DNA of 64,000 nucleotides. Origin: Planctomycetota bacterium. Lineage in GTDB: Bacteria > Planctomycetota > Brocadiia > JAADGH01. Positions 54,561 to 64,000 of this stretch are shown piece after piece. How positions within the stretch are numbered: the first letter of the stretch is position 1; each line of letters begins with the position of its first letter. The position numbers and the translations under genes are program-made. The DNA lies in contig JBFMAD010000004.1 of assembly GCA_040755855.1 (NCBI GenBank), positions 1 through 64,000 of the forward strand, read 5' to 3'. Under the pieces are notes generated by a model. It saw nothing but the letters and a program-made list of their open reading frames with translations. It was not told where the DNA came from and did no database searches.

Positions 54561-56234
54561 TCAGCTCCCGCTGTTGTTCTGATTCGCGGCGTCGAGGAAT
54601 CCTTCGAGCCTCCGGCTCCGGACAGGATGCTGCAGTTTGCGAACGGCCTTGGCCTCGATCTGCCGGACGCGCTCGCGCGTCACATTGAATATCCGCCCCA
54701 CTTCCTCAAGGGTATAGGTGTAGCCGTCGTTCAGGCCGTAGCGCAGCTTGATGATTTCGCGCTCGCGGTAGGTCAAGGTGTTCAAGACCGTGTGAATCTT
54801 CTCCTTGAGCATCTCCTGCGTGGCCGCGCTTACCGGCGACTCGGCCTGTTCGTCCTCGATGAAATCGCCGAAGTAGCTGTCCTCCCCTTCGCCGACGGGA
54901 CGATCCAGCGAGATGGGGCGCCGCGAGATCTTCATCACCCGCCGGCACTCCGCCACCGACAGCTTCGCCGCCTTGGCCACCTCCTCTATGGTCGGCTCGC
55001 GGCCCATTTCCTGGACCAGTTTCTTGGTGACGTTGCGCAGCTTGCTCATCGTCTCGATCATATGGACGGGAATGCGGATCGTCCGAGCCTGGTCGGCGAT
55101 GGCGCGGGTGATCGCCTGCCTAATCCACCACGTTGCGTAGGTGCTGAACTTGTAGCCGCGGCGGTATTCGTATTTGTCCACGGCCCGCATCAAGCCCGTG
55201 TTTCCCTCCTGAATCAGATCGAGGAACGACAGGCCGCGGTTGCGATACTTCTTGGCGATGCTGACCACGAGGCGGAGGTTCCCGCTGGAGAGCTTGCGCT
55301 TGGCCTCCTCATAGTCGCAGAAATGCCTCCGCATGATCTCGACCTTCTTCTTCAGCGTTTCGCTGTCCTCCATGACCAGTTCTTCCAGCGCGTGAAGCTC
55401 GCCCATGGAGCGACGAATCTCTCCATTGCGCGATTTGGACCTTCTCTTTCGAAGCGAGACGACGCGCCTCTCCAGTTCCTCCATGCGCTCCGAGACGCTG
55501 ACCAGGCGCTTCATCAACGGCTGCACGCGCTTCATGCGCAGGCACAGCTCCTCGAGAAGGATAACTCCCTTCTTTCGCCGCCTGCGGATCATGGTGCGCG
55601 CCCGCTCTTTTTGCCTTCGGGAAGTGCCCACCTGCGACAGGTGCTTATGGTCCTCCTTGTTGCGCGCCAACATCTTGCGCAGGGTGTCCAGGTTTCCGGG
55701 CAGGCGCCGCGCGACGTTGTCCTTCTCCGTATCCACGGTGACGTTCACGTCCAGTGTGCGGTCGAAGGGAAGCTGCCCCTGATGCACGTCGTCGAGAATC
55801 TTGAGACAGGCCCGAAGGGAGATGTCGGAATCCAGCACATGGCGGCGGAACTGCTTTCGCGTCACCTCGATCTTCCTCGCCAGACTGATTTCCTGCTCGC
55901 GGGTGAGGAGGGGGATTTCACCCATCTGGGTCAGGTACATCCGCACCGGATCGTCAATCCGGTCCGATGTCTCCCCGGTCAGGTCCCTGCCCTCCTCTTC
56001 CTCGTCAACCTCCTCCTCCTCATCCTCGCTGTCGGCCTTTTCGCGCTTCGCCACATCGGACTCGTCAATCAGGTCCACACCGAGTTCGTCCAGCATCATG
56101 AGGATTTCGTCAATCTTCTCGGGCGAAACCGCCTCATCGGGGAGGATATCGTTCATCTCCTCATACGTGAGGTAGCCCTTCTCCTTCCCTTTCTTGACGA
56201 GTTCTTTTATCCCCTTGTCAACGCTTGTGGCCAT
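54561..56234 (-). CDS. rpoD: RNA polymerase primary sigma factor
   Basis: Region 1.1, [36 protein letters not shown]. Confidence 0.97.
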   Translation of the reverse strand: MATSVDKGIKELVKKGKEKGYLTYEEMNDILPDEAVSPEKIDEILMMLDELGVDLIDESDVAKREKADSEDEEEEVDEEEEGRDLTGETSDRIDDPVRMYLTQMGEIPLLTREQEISLARKIEVTRKQFRRHVLDSDISLRACLKILDDVHQGQLPFDRTLDVNVTVDTEKDNVARRLPGNLDTLRKMLARNKEDHKHLSQVGTSRRQKERARTMIRRRRKKGVILLEELCLRMKRVQPLMKRLVSVSERMEELERRVVSLRKRRSKSRNGEIRRSMGELHALEELVMEDSETLKKKVEIMRRHFCDYEEAKRKLSSGNLRLVVSIAKKYRNRGLSFLDLIQEGNTGLMRAVDKYEYRRGYKFSTYATWWIRQAITRAIADQARTIRIPVHMIETMSKLRNVTKKLVQEMGREPTIEEVAKAAKLSVAECRRVMKISRRPISLDRPVGEGEDSYFGDFIEDEQAESPVSAATQEMLKEKIHTVLNTLTYREREIIKLRYGLNDGYTYTLEEVGRIFNVTRERVRQIEAKAVRKLQHPVRSRRLEGFLDAANQNNSGS

Positions 56235-56285
56235 CCGGCAACGCCTCCAAGGTATCCTGTGTCATCATTTCCATACCATACAACT

Positions 56286-58082
56286 TCACAGCGCGGCGAG
56301 CTCCTTGACCGCCTTGCTGTAGCAATCCAACCATCTCTTGTACTCGGCTTCCTGTCCGGCCTGCCGCGCCTTAAGCATTTCGGCCTTCGCCCCGTCGCGC
56401 TCCTGCTTCAGGCGTTCCTTCCTCAGAAAGACAAGCGCCCCTTGCAGTTGGGATCGGTAGTCAAAGCCTTCCTGCTGCCTCCCAATTACGGACTCAATCA
56501 TCGGCCGGGCCGAGACATCCACCTTCCCCAGCAACTCCGCCTCCCCCACCGCACCGGAGGCGTCGAACAAGTCGAATATCGCCTCTGCGGCGCGCCGCGG
56601 GGCCACACCCGTCAGCAGTCCTATTATCTCCTCCCGGTTCACCCCCCCGATCAGATCATTCTCCAGGAGAAGGCTCTCAATGATCTGCCGCTCGGCCTTG
56701 GCCCGGGCGGCCTCATCCCCATTATTAGACGTATTTTCGGGCCTTGCAGTTTGCCTCGAAGCGCCTTTTCTGAGCCGAGCCAAGCGCTCATACAGGGTCT
56801 GTTCGAGTTGCCGCTGCCGTCCGCTCATGGACTCCGCCTTCTCGGCCAGTTCCTTCACGAACAGGCTGGCTAAGTTCGGATTGGCGCAATGAGCGATTGT
56901 TTCGAGAATATCATCAATTGCCCGGCTCTTCTCCGCCGGCCGAAGCTCCTGCCCTTCGGGAAAGGCCGTGTCCAACTTGTAGCGAATCAGTTCCTTGGCA
57001 TTCGCCAACGCCGTCGCAAAGGCATCCGCGCCATGCTCCAGGATGAAGTCGCAGGGGTCCTTTCCCGCCGGCAGCGTGGCGATTTTCACCTCCGCCTCTT
57101 CCTGCAAGAACACATCCAGGCTCCGGTCCGACGCCTTCTGCCCGGCTGTGTCCGTATCGAACACCAGAACCACCTCGTCGGCCAGGCGGCGGAGCGTCCG
57201 CACATGCTCCCTCGTCAGGGCCGTGCCGAGCACGGCGACGGTCCATTCCACCCCGTGCTGATGGGCCATGATGACGTCGGTATACCCCTCGAAGATGGCC
57301 ACCCTCCGATGCTCCTGGATCGCCTTCTTCGCCACATCCAGCGCGTAGAGGGTGCGGCTCTTGCTGAAGACCATCGTCTCCGGCGAGTTGACGTACTTCG
57401 GCAGCGAGTCGTCCAGGACCCGCCCCCCGAAGCCGATGACGCGGCCCTGCGCGTCGGCAATCGGAAACATCAACCTGCCCCGAAAGCGATCATAATACCC
57501 CTCCTGCTCCGTCCGGCGGATGACGAGGCCCGCGCGATCCAGGTCGCGCACGGCCACGTTCCTCTTCTTGGCCTCGTCGAGCAACCCATCCCAGCCCGCC
57601 GGAGCGCAGCCGAGATTGAACTTCTCGATCATCTCGGCATTGATCCCGCGAGAGATCAGATACTCGCGCGCCCCTTTCGCCCCATCCCCATCGAGCAGAT
57701 AGCGGTGATACAGCCCCGCCGCCCAGCGGTTTGCGTCATAGATCGCCTTCTTCTCATCCGCGCGGCCCGGATCCTTTGACGTCCCTCTATGGATCTCGAT
57801 GCCGGCGCGCTCCGCGAGCATCTGCAGGGCCTCTCGAAAGCCCACACGCTCCTGCTTCATCACGAAGGAAAAGCAATCCCCCCCCTCCCCGCAGCCGAAA
57901 CACTTCCATATCTGCTTTTGCGGGGTAACGATGAAGGAGGGGGTATTCTCCTCGTGGAAGGGGCAACGGGCCTTAAACCGCGATCCCGAACGCTGCAGCG
58001 GCACGTATTCGGAGATGAGACGAACCAAGTCCGTCGCGTTCCGAACCTGCTCGACGGCATCGTCGGCTGAAAAACGGACCAA
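56286..58082 (-). CDS. dnaG: DNA primase
   Basis: CPFHEENTPSF...CFGC, DRFRGRLMFPI, KYVNSPET, EGYTDV, FDTD; TTG start inferred. Confidence 0.95.
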   Translation of the reverse strand: MVRFSADDAVEQVRNATDLVRLISEYVPLQRSGSRFKARCPFHEENTPSFIVTPQKQIWKCFGCGEGGDCFSFVMKQERVGFREALQMLAERAGIEIHRGTSKDPGRADEKKAIYDANRWAAGLYHRYLLDGDGAKGAREYLISRGINAEMIEKFNLGCAPAGWDGLLDEAKKRNVAVRDLDRAGLVIRRTEQEGYYDRFRGRLMFPIADAQGRVIGFGGRVLDDSLPKYVNSPETMVFSKSRTLYALDVAKKAIQEHRRVAIFEGYTDVIMAHQHGVEWTVAVLGTALTREHVRTLRRLADEVVLVFDTDTAGQKASDRSLDVFLQEEAEVKIATLPAGKDPCDFILEHGADAFATALANAKELIRYKLDTAFPEGQELRPAEKSRAIDDILETIAHCANPNLASLFVKELAEKAESMSGRQRQLEQTLYERLARLRKGASRQTARPENTSNNGDEAARAKAERQIIESLLLENDLIGGVNREEIIGLLTGVAPRRAAEAIFDLFDASGAVGEAELLGKVDVSARPMIESVIGRQQEGFDYRSQLQGALVFLRKERLKQERDGAKAEMLKARQAGQEAEYKRWLDCYSKAVKELAAL

Positions 58083-58224
58083 TACGCCTCTCCCGCGCCT
58101 GCTATCGCGCCATGCCCTTGAATGGGCCTCTATAATACAATAGCCGACCTCGGCCAAAGCCCCCAAACGCACCCCTTTGGCTGATGTCGGCCCTATTCCT
58201 TCCTACGATATTCATAACCAAGAT

Positions 58225-58252
58225 AGTATAACACATATTTTTGATTTGTCAA
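58225..58252 (-). promoter_or_regulatory. sigma70 promoter of dnaG-rpoD
   Basis: Minus strand TTGACA-16-TATACT with extended TG. Confidence 0.7.
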
Positions 58253-58417
58253 AGGCCCTGGGCTGTTTCCTGTGCACATTAAGAGATAATATAAGTCATA
58301 TTAGGTCATATGTAGAGCACTTACGTCAAATATATAAAAATTGAATTTTGTGCACAATTTCACTTATCATCGGATCGGAGGGGATGTAACATTTTGTTAC
58401 ACGAGGTGGGTGCAGCG

Positions 58418-58840
58418 TCAAAGTTCGACTAACTCGATTAAAATCCCGTCCGGATCAATAGCGCACACCAGCCCCTTGCCCTTTTCCGGAACGATCGGCG
58501 GGCCGGTAAATCGCACCCCCTTTGCTGTCAAATCCCGATACAAACCTCGAACGTCCTCCACAAAGAATGTCAGCCACCGGACGCCGTTCGTGAACCCCTC
58601 CGGCCGAGGTTCGGGCGGATTCTTGATCTCCATCAGTTTGATCAGCGTCTTGCCGGCGCGCAGGCGAACCTGGCGGAAGCCCGTCGGCGCAAGGCCGACG
58701 CCCTGGGCGACGCGGTCGGGTATCTGCACATCCACATGGACTGCGAGGCCCAGAATGTCGCGATAGAACGCGAGAGAGCGCTCAAAATCGCTGCACACAA
58801 TCCCAGCGTCCACAATGTCGTGCGTCAGGCGGAGCGTCAT
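58418..58840 (-). CDS. VOC (glyoxalase) family protein
   Basis: SDFERSLAFYRDILGL, DPDGILIELVE. Confidence 0.88.
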   Translation of the reverse strand: MTLRLTHDIVDAGIVCSDFERSLAFYRDILGLAVHVDVQIPDRVAQGVGLAPTGFRQVRLRAGKTLIKLMEIKNPPEPRPEGFTNGVRWLTFFVEDVRGLYRDLTAKGVRFTGPPIVPEKGKGLVCAIDPDGILIELVEL

Positions 58841-58892
58841 AGCGGATTATCTCCTACTCAAGTCTTTGTGCGAAGGGAATCCTGGGCTTGCG

Positions 58893-59153
58893 TCAGGTCT
58901 TCCGGAACCTGCCGCCGCCCTCGTTCACCAAGCGGGTAAAGCCATGTTTCTTGATGTTGTCATCGCTCAGGAGCGACTTAGTGGACTTCCGCGTCGAAAT
59001 CCCCACGGCCCCTATGACGCGTCGGACGGGATTCCCGCACTTGGGGCACTTTGCCAGAGGTGCATCGGACATGCCCTGCCGGACCTCGAACCCGGTGCGG
59101 CAGTGGTCGCAAGCCTCGGCGGCGTTGACGGCAATGTACTCATACGTCGGCAT
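58893..59153 (-). CDS. FmdB-family zinc-ribbon protein
   Basis: MPTYEY...CDHC..GFE...CPKCG. Confidence 0.88.
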   Translation of the reverse strand: MPTYEYIAVNAAEACDHCRTGFEVRQGMSDAPLAKCPKCGNPVRRVIGAVGISTRKSTKSLLSDDNIKKHGFTRLVNEGGGRFRKT

Positions 59154-59257
59154 CCGTTGGCCTCCCGCGGGTACAGCAGGTCGGGACCTTACGCTTCCCG
59201 CCACGCCCCCTTAACACAGCAACCCCGGCAGTCGGACCGGGGCCGCATCCACACCAT

Positions 59258-59286
59258 AGTATACCCCACAAGACGCAACTTGTCAA
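59258..59286 (-). promoter_or_regulatory. sigma70 promoter
   Basis: Minus strand TTGACA-17-TATACT. Confidence 0.7.
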
Positions 59287-59397
59287 ATCGCAGACGCACT
59301 GGAAAAAGCCTTGACTGTCCCCCGCCTGTCGGTTTTACTATGGGTGTCTGTTCCTGGCGTATCGGTCATGGTTTCGCGTCGCATGGATGAATTCGTC

Positions 59398-60558
59398 ATG
59401 AGGAATCAATCTGCTTTTGGTGTGGCATCCGTCATTCTATTGCTCCTCGCGGTCTGCGCCTGCGTCGCGCAGGAGGGTGAGCGCAAGCCGAGCTCCGTCG
59501 CCGCGTCCTTCGATGACGATTGGGTGGTTGTCACCGTCCAGGGACCCGCCTGCCGCCTCGATGTCCGCACAGAGAAAAAGCCGACGGCGGTCTGGCTTGA
59601 TGGCAAGCCGCTCGATGCCGGGTGGTCCTACTCCGACGAAGGCCAAATGACGACGATCCCCTTCGCCGAGGGGACCCACTCCGCCGAGATCGCCCTCCTC
59701 CCCAATCCCCAGCGTCCCGCAACCGAGGCCGACATCCCCCTCGCCAGGGCCGACGGCCAAGGGAACTGTGGACAGATCAAGGCCCACTTCGGCCCCGGGG
59801 GCATGCAGGCGTCGGGCGCGTTCACCGGCGAGGCCGGGCGGTATGACTGCACCGTTCGCTGCGCTGCGTCGAGTCGCAAGCGCCTCGACGCGATGCTGAT
59901 GGTCGAGGGCAATCCACCCGCCGCGTGGCCGCTCGACAAAGCAAAGGAAACCGAGAAGACGGTGTCCCTCATGCTCTTCCCCGAGACCAAGTTGACGCTC
60001 AACGTCGAGGGCGGTCGCATCCGGACGAACCCCGTCCTCGCCATAACGATGAAGCAGACCGCGCTCGTCACCGTCCTGCCCCACTCCCCCGCCAGGGACG
60101 TGAAGACCGAGAGCGGTATCCTTATCGAGGCGGAGAAGTTCTCCGCCCAGGGCGGCGGCGAGATCAAACTCTCCGGCGGCGGGCACAAGGGCGCGCACGG
60201 GGGCGACAACATCTACTCCTTCGGCGTGGCGCCTGGGCAGTGGGTGGAGTGGAAGGTACAGGCCCCCGCGGCCGGCAAGTACCGGCTGACCGTCGTCGGC
60301 GCGACGGAGCACGCACGGCCGATCCGCAGGCTCGAGATTGACGGCAAGGTTCCCTCCCCCGCCTGCGAGCTGATGCAGTTTGCCGGCACGGGCGGTTGGG
60401 CGCGGGACAAGGCCGACGAATGGTGGGCGTTTCGCGTCGCCGATCCATCCGGCAAGGATATGGCGCTTGATCTAAGCGAAGGGGAGCACACCGTTCGCCT
60501 GACGGTCGTCGGGGACCATCACCTGAACGTGGATTATCTCTTACTTGCACCCATGTAA
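59398..60558 (+). CDS. Secreted protein with C-terminal CBM6/35-like domain
   Basis: Signal peptide; IEAEKF, WVEW, AGKYRL, TGGW, GEHTVRL, NVDYL. Confidence 0.65.
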   Translation: MRNQSAFGVASVILLLLAVCACVAQEGERKPSSVAASFDDDWVVVTVQGPACRLDVRTEKKPTAVWLDGKPLDAGWSYSDEGQMTTIPFAEGTHSAEIALLPNPQRPATEADIPLARADGQGNCGQIKAHFGPGGMQASGAFTGEAGRYDCTVRCAASSRKRLDAMLMVEGNPPAAWPLDKAKETEKTVSLMLFPETKLTLNVEGGRIRTNPVLAITMKQTALVTVLPHSPARDVKTESGILIEAEKFSAQGGGEIKLSGGGHKGAHGGDNIYSFGVAPGQWVEWKVQAPAAGKYRLTVVGATEHARPIRRLEIDGKVPSPACELMQFAGTGGWARDKADEWWAFRVADPSGKDMALDLSEGEHTVRLTVVGDHHLNVDYLLLAPM

Positions 60559-60579
60559 CCATTCCTGAAAGGAACAGAC

Positions 60580-61707
60580 ATGGAGAAGCTGAAGCGGTTC
60601 GTAGCGCGTCGTTTTGAGATATTGCTCATCCTGGTCATCGTCGGCGCCATGGTCTTGGTTGACCGATACATTGACCAGAAGATCACCTTCCTGAATTTTT
60701 ACTTCATCCCCGTGCTTCTGGCGGGGTATCTGCGCGGGCAGAGGATGGCCGCGCTGACGGCGATCCTGTGCATCGCCGGCGTGGTCTTTTGCCAGGTTTA
60801 CCCGCCGAACCAATCTGAGGAATCCCTGTTAGGCTACTCCCTGGGTGCGAGGGAGTTCCTCGAGAAGGCGGAGCAACTCGATCTGCCCGTCTCAACGACA
60901 AGCCCGCTTCTGCTGCGGCAAAGGCCCATAGAAAAGACGGACGTGAAGACGAAGGTCAGAACGGTACGGATGCACCGCGAGCAAGGTGAGATGGAGACGG
61001 CGAGGATGCGGCAGGAGCTGCTCATGGAGGGCCTGCAGGTGCGCGTTTACATACACCTCGCGGCATGGGGGGCCTTTCTGTTCCTTTCCGGGGTGCTTGT
61101 GGGCGCACTCTCTGAGGAACGGGCGAAGCGCATGCGGGACCTGCACGGCGCGTATCTCGGCGCCCTCGAAATCCTGAGCAGGTATCTCCAGTCGGCGGAC
61201 AAATACATGCGGGGGCATCTCGTGCGGGTCTCGGAATCCGCGACGGCGATCGCCCAGAAGCTGGATATGTCGCCCCCCGAGGTGGAATACGTGCAGGCGG
61301 CAGCCATGCTCCACGACCTGACCGAGTTCGACGTGAGCATGGACCTGATCGAGCATGCGGCGGAGATAGTCACTCACGATACGAACATCCTGGAGTTCGA
61401 ACTGCAGCCCGAGGCCAAGACCCTTGCGCGGACGGGAATGGTCCTGAGCGGTTCCATCTCCCTCGTTGCTGCGAAGGACATCCTGAAAAAGAAGGCGGAG
61501 AAAAAGGAGGAAGGGGCGAAGCAAGACGTCCCTATCGGGGCGCAGATCGTTGCGCTCGTTGACGCCTTCGATTCCATGACCAGCGAGGATAAAAAGAAGC
61601 CGGAGGATGCCTTCGAGCAGATCAAGAAGGACATGCCGGACCTCGACGAGAAGCTGCTCGCCGCGGCGCGTGAAGCGCTGCTGGCCGCCAAGCCGTCGGC
61701 CGAATAG
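60580..61707 (+). CDS. Membrane protein with degenerate HD-GYP-like domain
   Basis: TM helices; GHLVRV, AAMLHDL, PIGAQIVALVDAFDSMTS. Confidence 0.75.
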   Translation: MEKLKRFVARRFEILLILVIVGAMVLVDRYIDQKITFLNFYFIPVLLAGYLRGQRMAALTAILCIAGVVFCQVYPPNQSEESLLGYSLGAREFLEKAEQLDLPVSTTSPLLLRQRPIEKTDVKTKVRTVRMHREQGEMETARMRQELLMEGLQVRVYIHLAAWGAFLFLSGVLVGALSEERAKRMRDLHGAYLGALEILSRYLQSADKYMRGHLVRVSESATAIAQKLDMSPPEVEYVQAAAMLHDLTEFDVSMDLIEHAAEIVTHDTNILEFELQPEAKTLARTGMVLSGSISLVAAKDILKKKAEKKEEGAKQDVPIGAQIVALVDAFDSMTSEDKKKPEDAFEQIKKDMPDLDEKLLAAAREALLAAKPSAE

Positions 61708-61749
61708 GCCGGAATAGGCGGCTGTCTCTGGACTCGATACATTCGCGGG

Positions 61750-62730
61750 GTGGCAGAGGAGATGAAAGAACCAACCGGGCCTGCGAAGGACGACATTCCT
61801 TTTGAAGCGTTTGCAGGCTTCAAGCGGATCGAAGAAGGCAACCCCATCCTCGCCTGCGCGCCGCCCGAGTGGGCGGCCGCAGCCCACGCGATCGTCGTGC
61901 ACAACACCATCCATTACCTGTGGGCCAGACGGCGTCAAGACAATTACTGGATGTTGATGCACAGCACGGCTCCCGCAAGCGACCCTGCGTCGATAGAGCA
62001 CGACCCTAGGAACCCGGTTCTACTCCCTTCGAAGGAGGGCTTCGACGATTTCACGATTGAGTATCCCTTCCCGTTCTGGAATCCCGCCGACCGCAGGTTC
62101 TATGTCTACTATCTCGGCAGGCAACAACGCCCTCCCAAGCAGACGGGCCTATTGGTCGGTGACGGAGACTTCGGCAAATGGAGGCACGTTCGCCGGACTC
62201 CCGTGATTGCCGCAGACGCCGAGCACGAGCGGCAGGGCTCGTCGCATCCCTCTGTTGCTGTCGTGGGTGACACCATCCACATCATCTACACCGGCGAGTC
62301 GGCGGGGCCGCCGGCCATCTGCCACGCAACCGCGCCGACCAACGATCCCGCGGCTGTCACGAAAGACCCCGCCAACCCCATCTTCAGGGGCACCGGCCAG
62401 ACATGGGACGGCCGCGGCGTCCGCGAGGCGGAGATATTCAAGGGGCCGAGGTATTTCCATATCTTCTACGGCGGGTCTGACGGCGAAGTCTGGCGGATCG
62501 GGCATGTCCGCACCCGCGACTTCCGCACCTTCGAGACCAATCCATACAACCCCATATTCTCGCCCTCGCCAGATCCCAACGCCTGGGACTGCGACGGCGT
62601 GCTGACGCCCCAAGTCATCGAGATCGGCGGGACCTACTACATGCTCTATGCAGGCAAGAGGGGCAAGGAATGGCAGACGGGCCCCGCCGTGACTCGCTTG
62701 CCCCACATGCCCCCAAACCAACGGACTTGA
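61750..62730 (+). CDS. Five-bladed beta-propeller glycosidase-like protein (GH32/43/130-like)
   Basis: Repeated NP(I/V)(L/F), WD and Y..Y.G blade motifs. Confidence 0.7.
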   Translation: MAEEMKEPTGPAKDDIPFEAFAGFKRIEEGNPILACAPPEWAAAAHAIVVHNTIHYLWARRRQDNYWMLMHSTAPASDPASIEHDPRNPVLLPSKEGFDDFTIEYPFPFWNPADRRFYVYYLGRQQRPPKQTGLLVGDGDFGKWRHVRRTPVIAADAEHERQGSSHPSVAVVGDTIHIIYTGESAGPPAICHATAPTNDPAAVTKDPANPIFRGTGQTWDGRGVREAEIFKGPRYFHIFYGGSDGEVWRIGHVRTRDFRTFETNPYNPIFSPSPDPNAWDCDGVLTPQVIEIGGTYYMLYAGKRGKEWQTGPAVTRLPHMPPNQRT

Positions 62731-62819
62731 CCCCCTCCGGTTGTGTATGGTAGGATACCGCGTTAATCTATCGAACCATGATGCGGGCGGGATGGTCTTA
62801 GAAAGGCAGGGAGGGAATC

Positions 62820-64000
62820 GTGGCCGATAGCACACCAGCACAGCGCGGGACCTGGGGCAGCCGGATCGGGATCATCATGGCCGTGGCAGGGAGCGCGGTA
62901 GGCATAGGAAACTTCCTCCGCTTTCCCGTGCAGGCGGCGCGCAACGGCGGCGGGGCGTTCATGATCCCCTACTTTGTCTCCCTCCTCCTGCTGGGCATAC
63001 CGCTCATGTGGGTGGAATGGACGATAGGCCGCTATGGCGGCGGCTTTGGGCATGGCTCCGCGCCCGGCGCATTCCAAAGCCTCTGGCGAAAGAACCGTTT
63101 CATCAAGTACTTCGGCGTGATCGGCATCTTCGGGCCACTCGTCATCTTCATGTATTACTGCTACGTGGAGTCCTGGCTGCTGGGGTACAGTTTCTACGCC
63201 CTCACCGGCAAGTACGCCTCGGCCGCCAACCCGGAGGGGATGAAGGCGTTCCTCGAGGGCTATCAGGGCCTCGAGTCCAACCAGTATTTCAGCAGTATGT
63301 GGCCGGCCTATATCTTCTTTCTGATCACCTTTGCCCTGAACATGATCGTCCTCTACAGGGGTATATCGGGCGGGATCGAGAAGGTGTGCAATCTTGCCCT
63401 GCCCATGCTGGCGGTGTTGGGAATTATTATTGCTGTGCGCGTGTTGTTCCTCGGCGCGCCGGACCCCGCCAAGCCGGATTGGAGCACTATCAACGGGCTG
63501 GGATACCTCTGGAACCCTGATTTCGGCCAACTGACGAAGGCCAGCGTTTGGATGGCCGCTGCGGGACAGATCTTTTTCACGCTCAGCGTCGGCATCGGCG
63601 CCATCATTACATATGCCAGTTACCTCTCCCGCGCCGACGACGTCACTTTGTCGGGTCTGACGGCCACCAGCGCCAACGAGTTTGCGGAGGTCGTCCTGGG
63701 CGGGACAATCGCCATCCCGGCGTGTTACGCCTTCTTCGGTCCCGATGCAATCAAGGGGATCGCCGACTCCGGGGCCTTCAACCTTGGCTTCGTCACGATG
63801 CCGTTAGTGTTTGCGAAAATCCCTATGAGCGCCGTCTTCGGGGGCTGCTGGTTCATCATGCTCTTCCTGGCGGGCATCACCTCCTCCATCTCACTGGTGC
63901 AGCCGGCCATTGCTTTCCTGGAGGACGAATTTGACATCGAGCGCAAGAACGCCGTCAAGCTCTTCGCCGCCGTCTCGTTCGTCCTCTGCCAGCCGGCCAT
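62820..64000 (+). CDS. Sodium-dependent transporter, NSS/SNF (LeuT-like) family, 3' truncated
   Basis: Absent from the ORF track (no stop in window); GTG start, WGSRIGIIMAVAGSAVGIGNFLRFP, GGGAFMIPY, AAGQIFFTLSVG. Confidence 0.93.
   Translation, partial: MADSTPAQRGTWGSRIGIIMAVAGSAVGIGNFLRFPVQAARNGGGAFMIPYFVSLLLLGIPLMWVEWTIGRYGGGFGHGSAPGAFQSLWRKNRFIKYFGVIGIFGPLVIFMYYCYVESWLLGYSFYALTGKYASAANPEGMKAFLEGYQGLESNQYFSSMWPAYIFFLITFALNMIVLYRGISGGIEKVCNLALPMLAVLGIIIAVRVLFLGAPDPAKPDWSTINGLGYLWNPDFGQLTKASVWMAAAGQIFFTLSVGIGAIITYASYLSRADDVTLSGLTATSANEFAEVVLGGTIAIPACYAFFGPDAIKGIADSGAFNLGFVTMPLVFAKIPMSAVFGGCWFIMLFLAGITSSISLVQPAIAFLEDEFDIERKNAVKLFAAVSFVLCQPA

Noticed and set aside
58284..58311. Definitive dif site
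   Set aside because: Right arm matches only 8/11 of the E. coli XerD arm and the left arm is poor; kept only as a remark within a finding

Overview
GC-rich bacterial chromosomal segment, densely coding, probably from an anaerobic Planctomycetota-like organism (inferred from RpoD and S21 style, rubrerythrin/desulfoferrodoxin, and many secreted GH-like proteins). Left to right: end of a bat (BatC/D/E-like) operon; a large GH42-like protein; a lipoprotein plus a non-pyrrolysine MttB-family methyltransferase; leuB; an oxidative-stress/redox cluster (rubrerythrin, dfx, ferritin, Zn-ribbon, flavoprotein, zwf, trxB, zupT, Zn-ADH); pcm; a Clp1-type polynucleotide kinase; rpsU; several secreted hypotheticals; a sulfatase; a ~16 kb nitrogen-assimilation cluster (NifA-like sigma54 activator, porin-like protein, amtB, PII, two glnA, Fis-like protein, nadE, gltBD); a two-gene toxin/immunity-like module; a URO-D-family protein; a Cys-nucleophile penicillin-acylase homolog; dnaG-rpoD; and an NSS transporter cut by the window end. 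I saw no tRNA, rRNA, CRISPR array, transposase or integrase. The strongest signals are (i) a sigma54 nitrogen regulon with a recurrent CCTACA-N4-TGTAGG palindrome, (ii) the standalone 80+80 aa toxin/immunity-like pair, and (iii) several families of REP-like intergenic palindromes. All family assignments are by motif recognition only; no searches were run.
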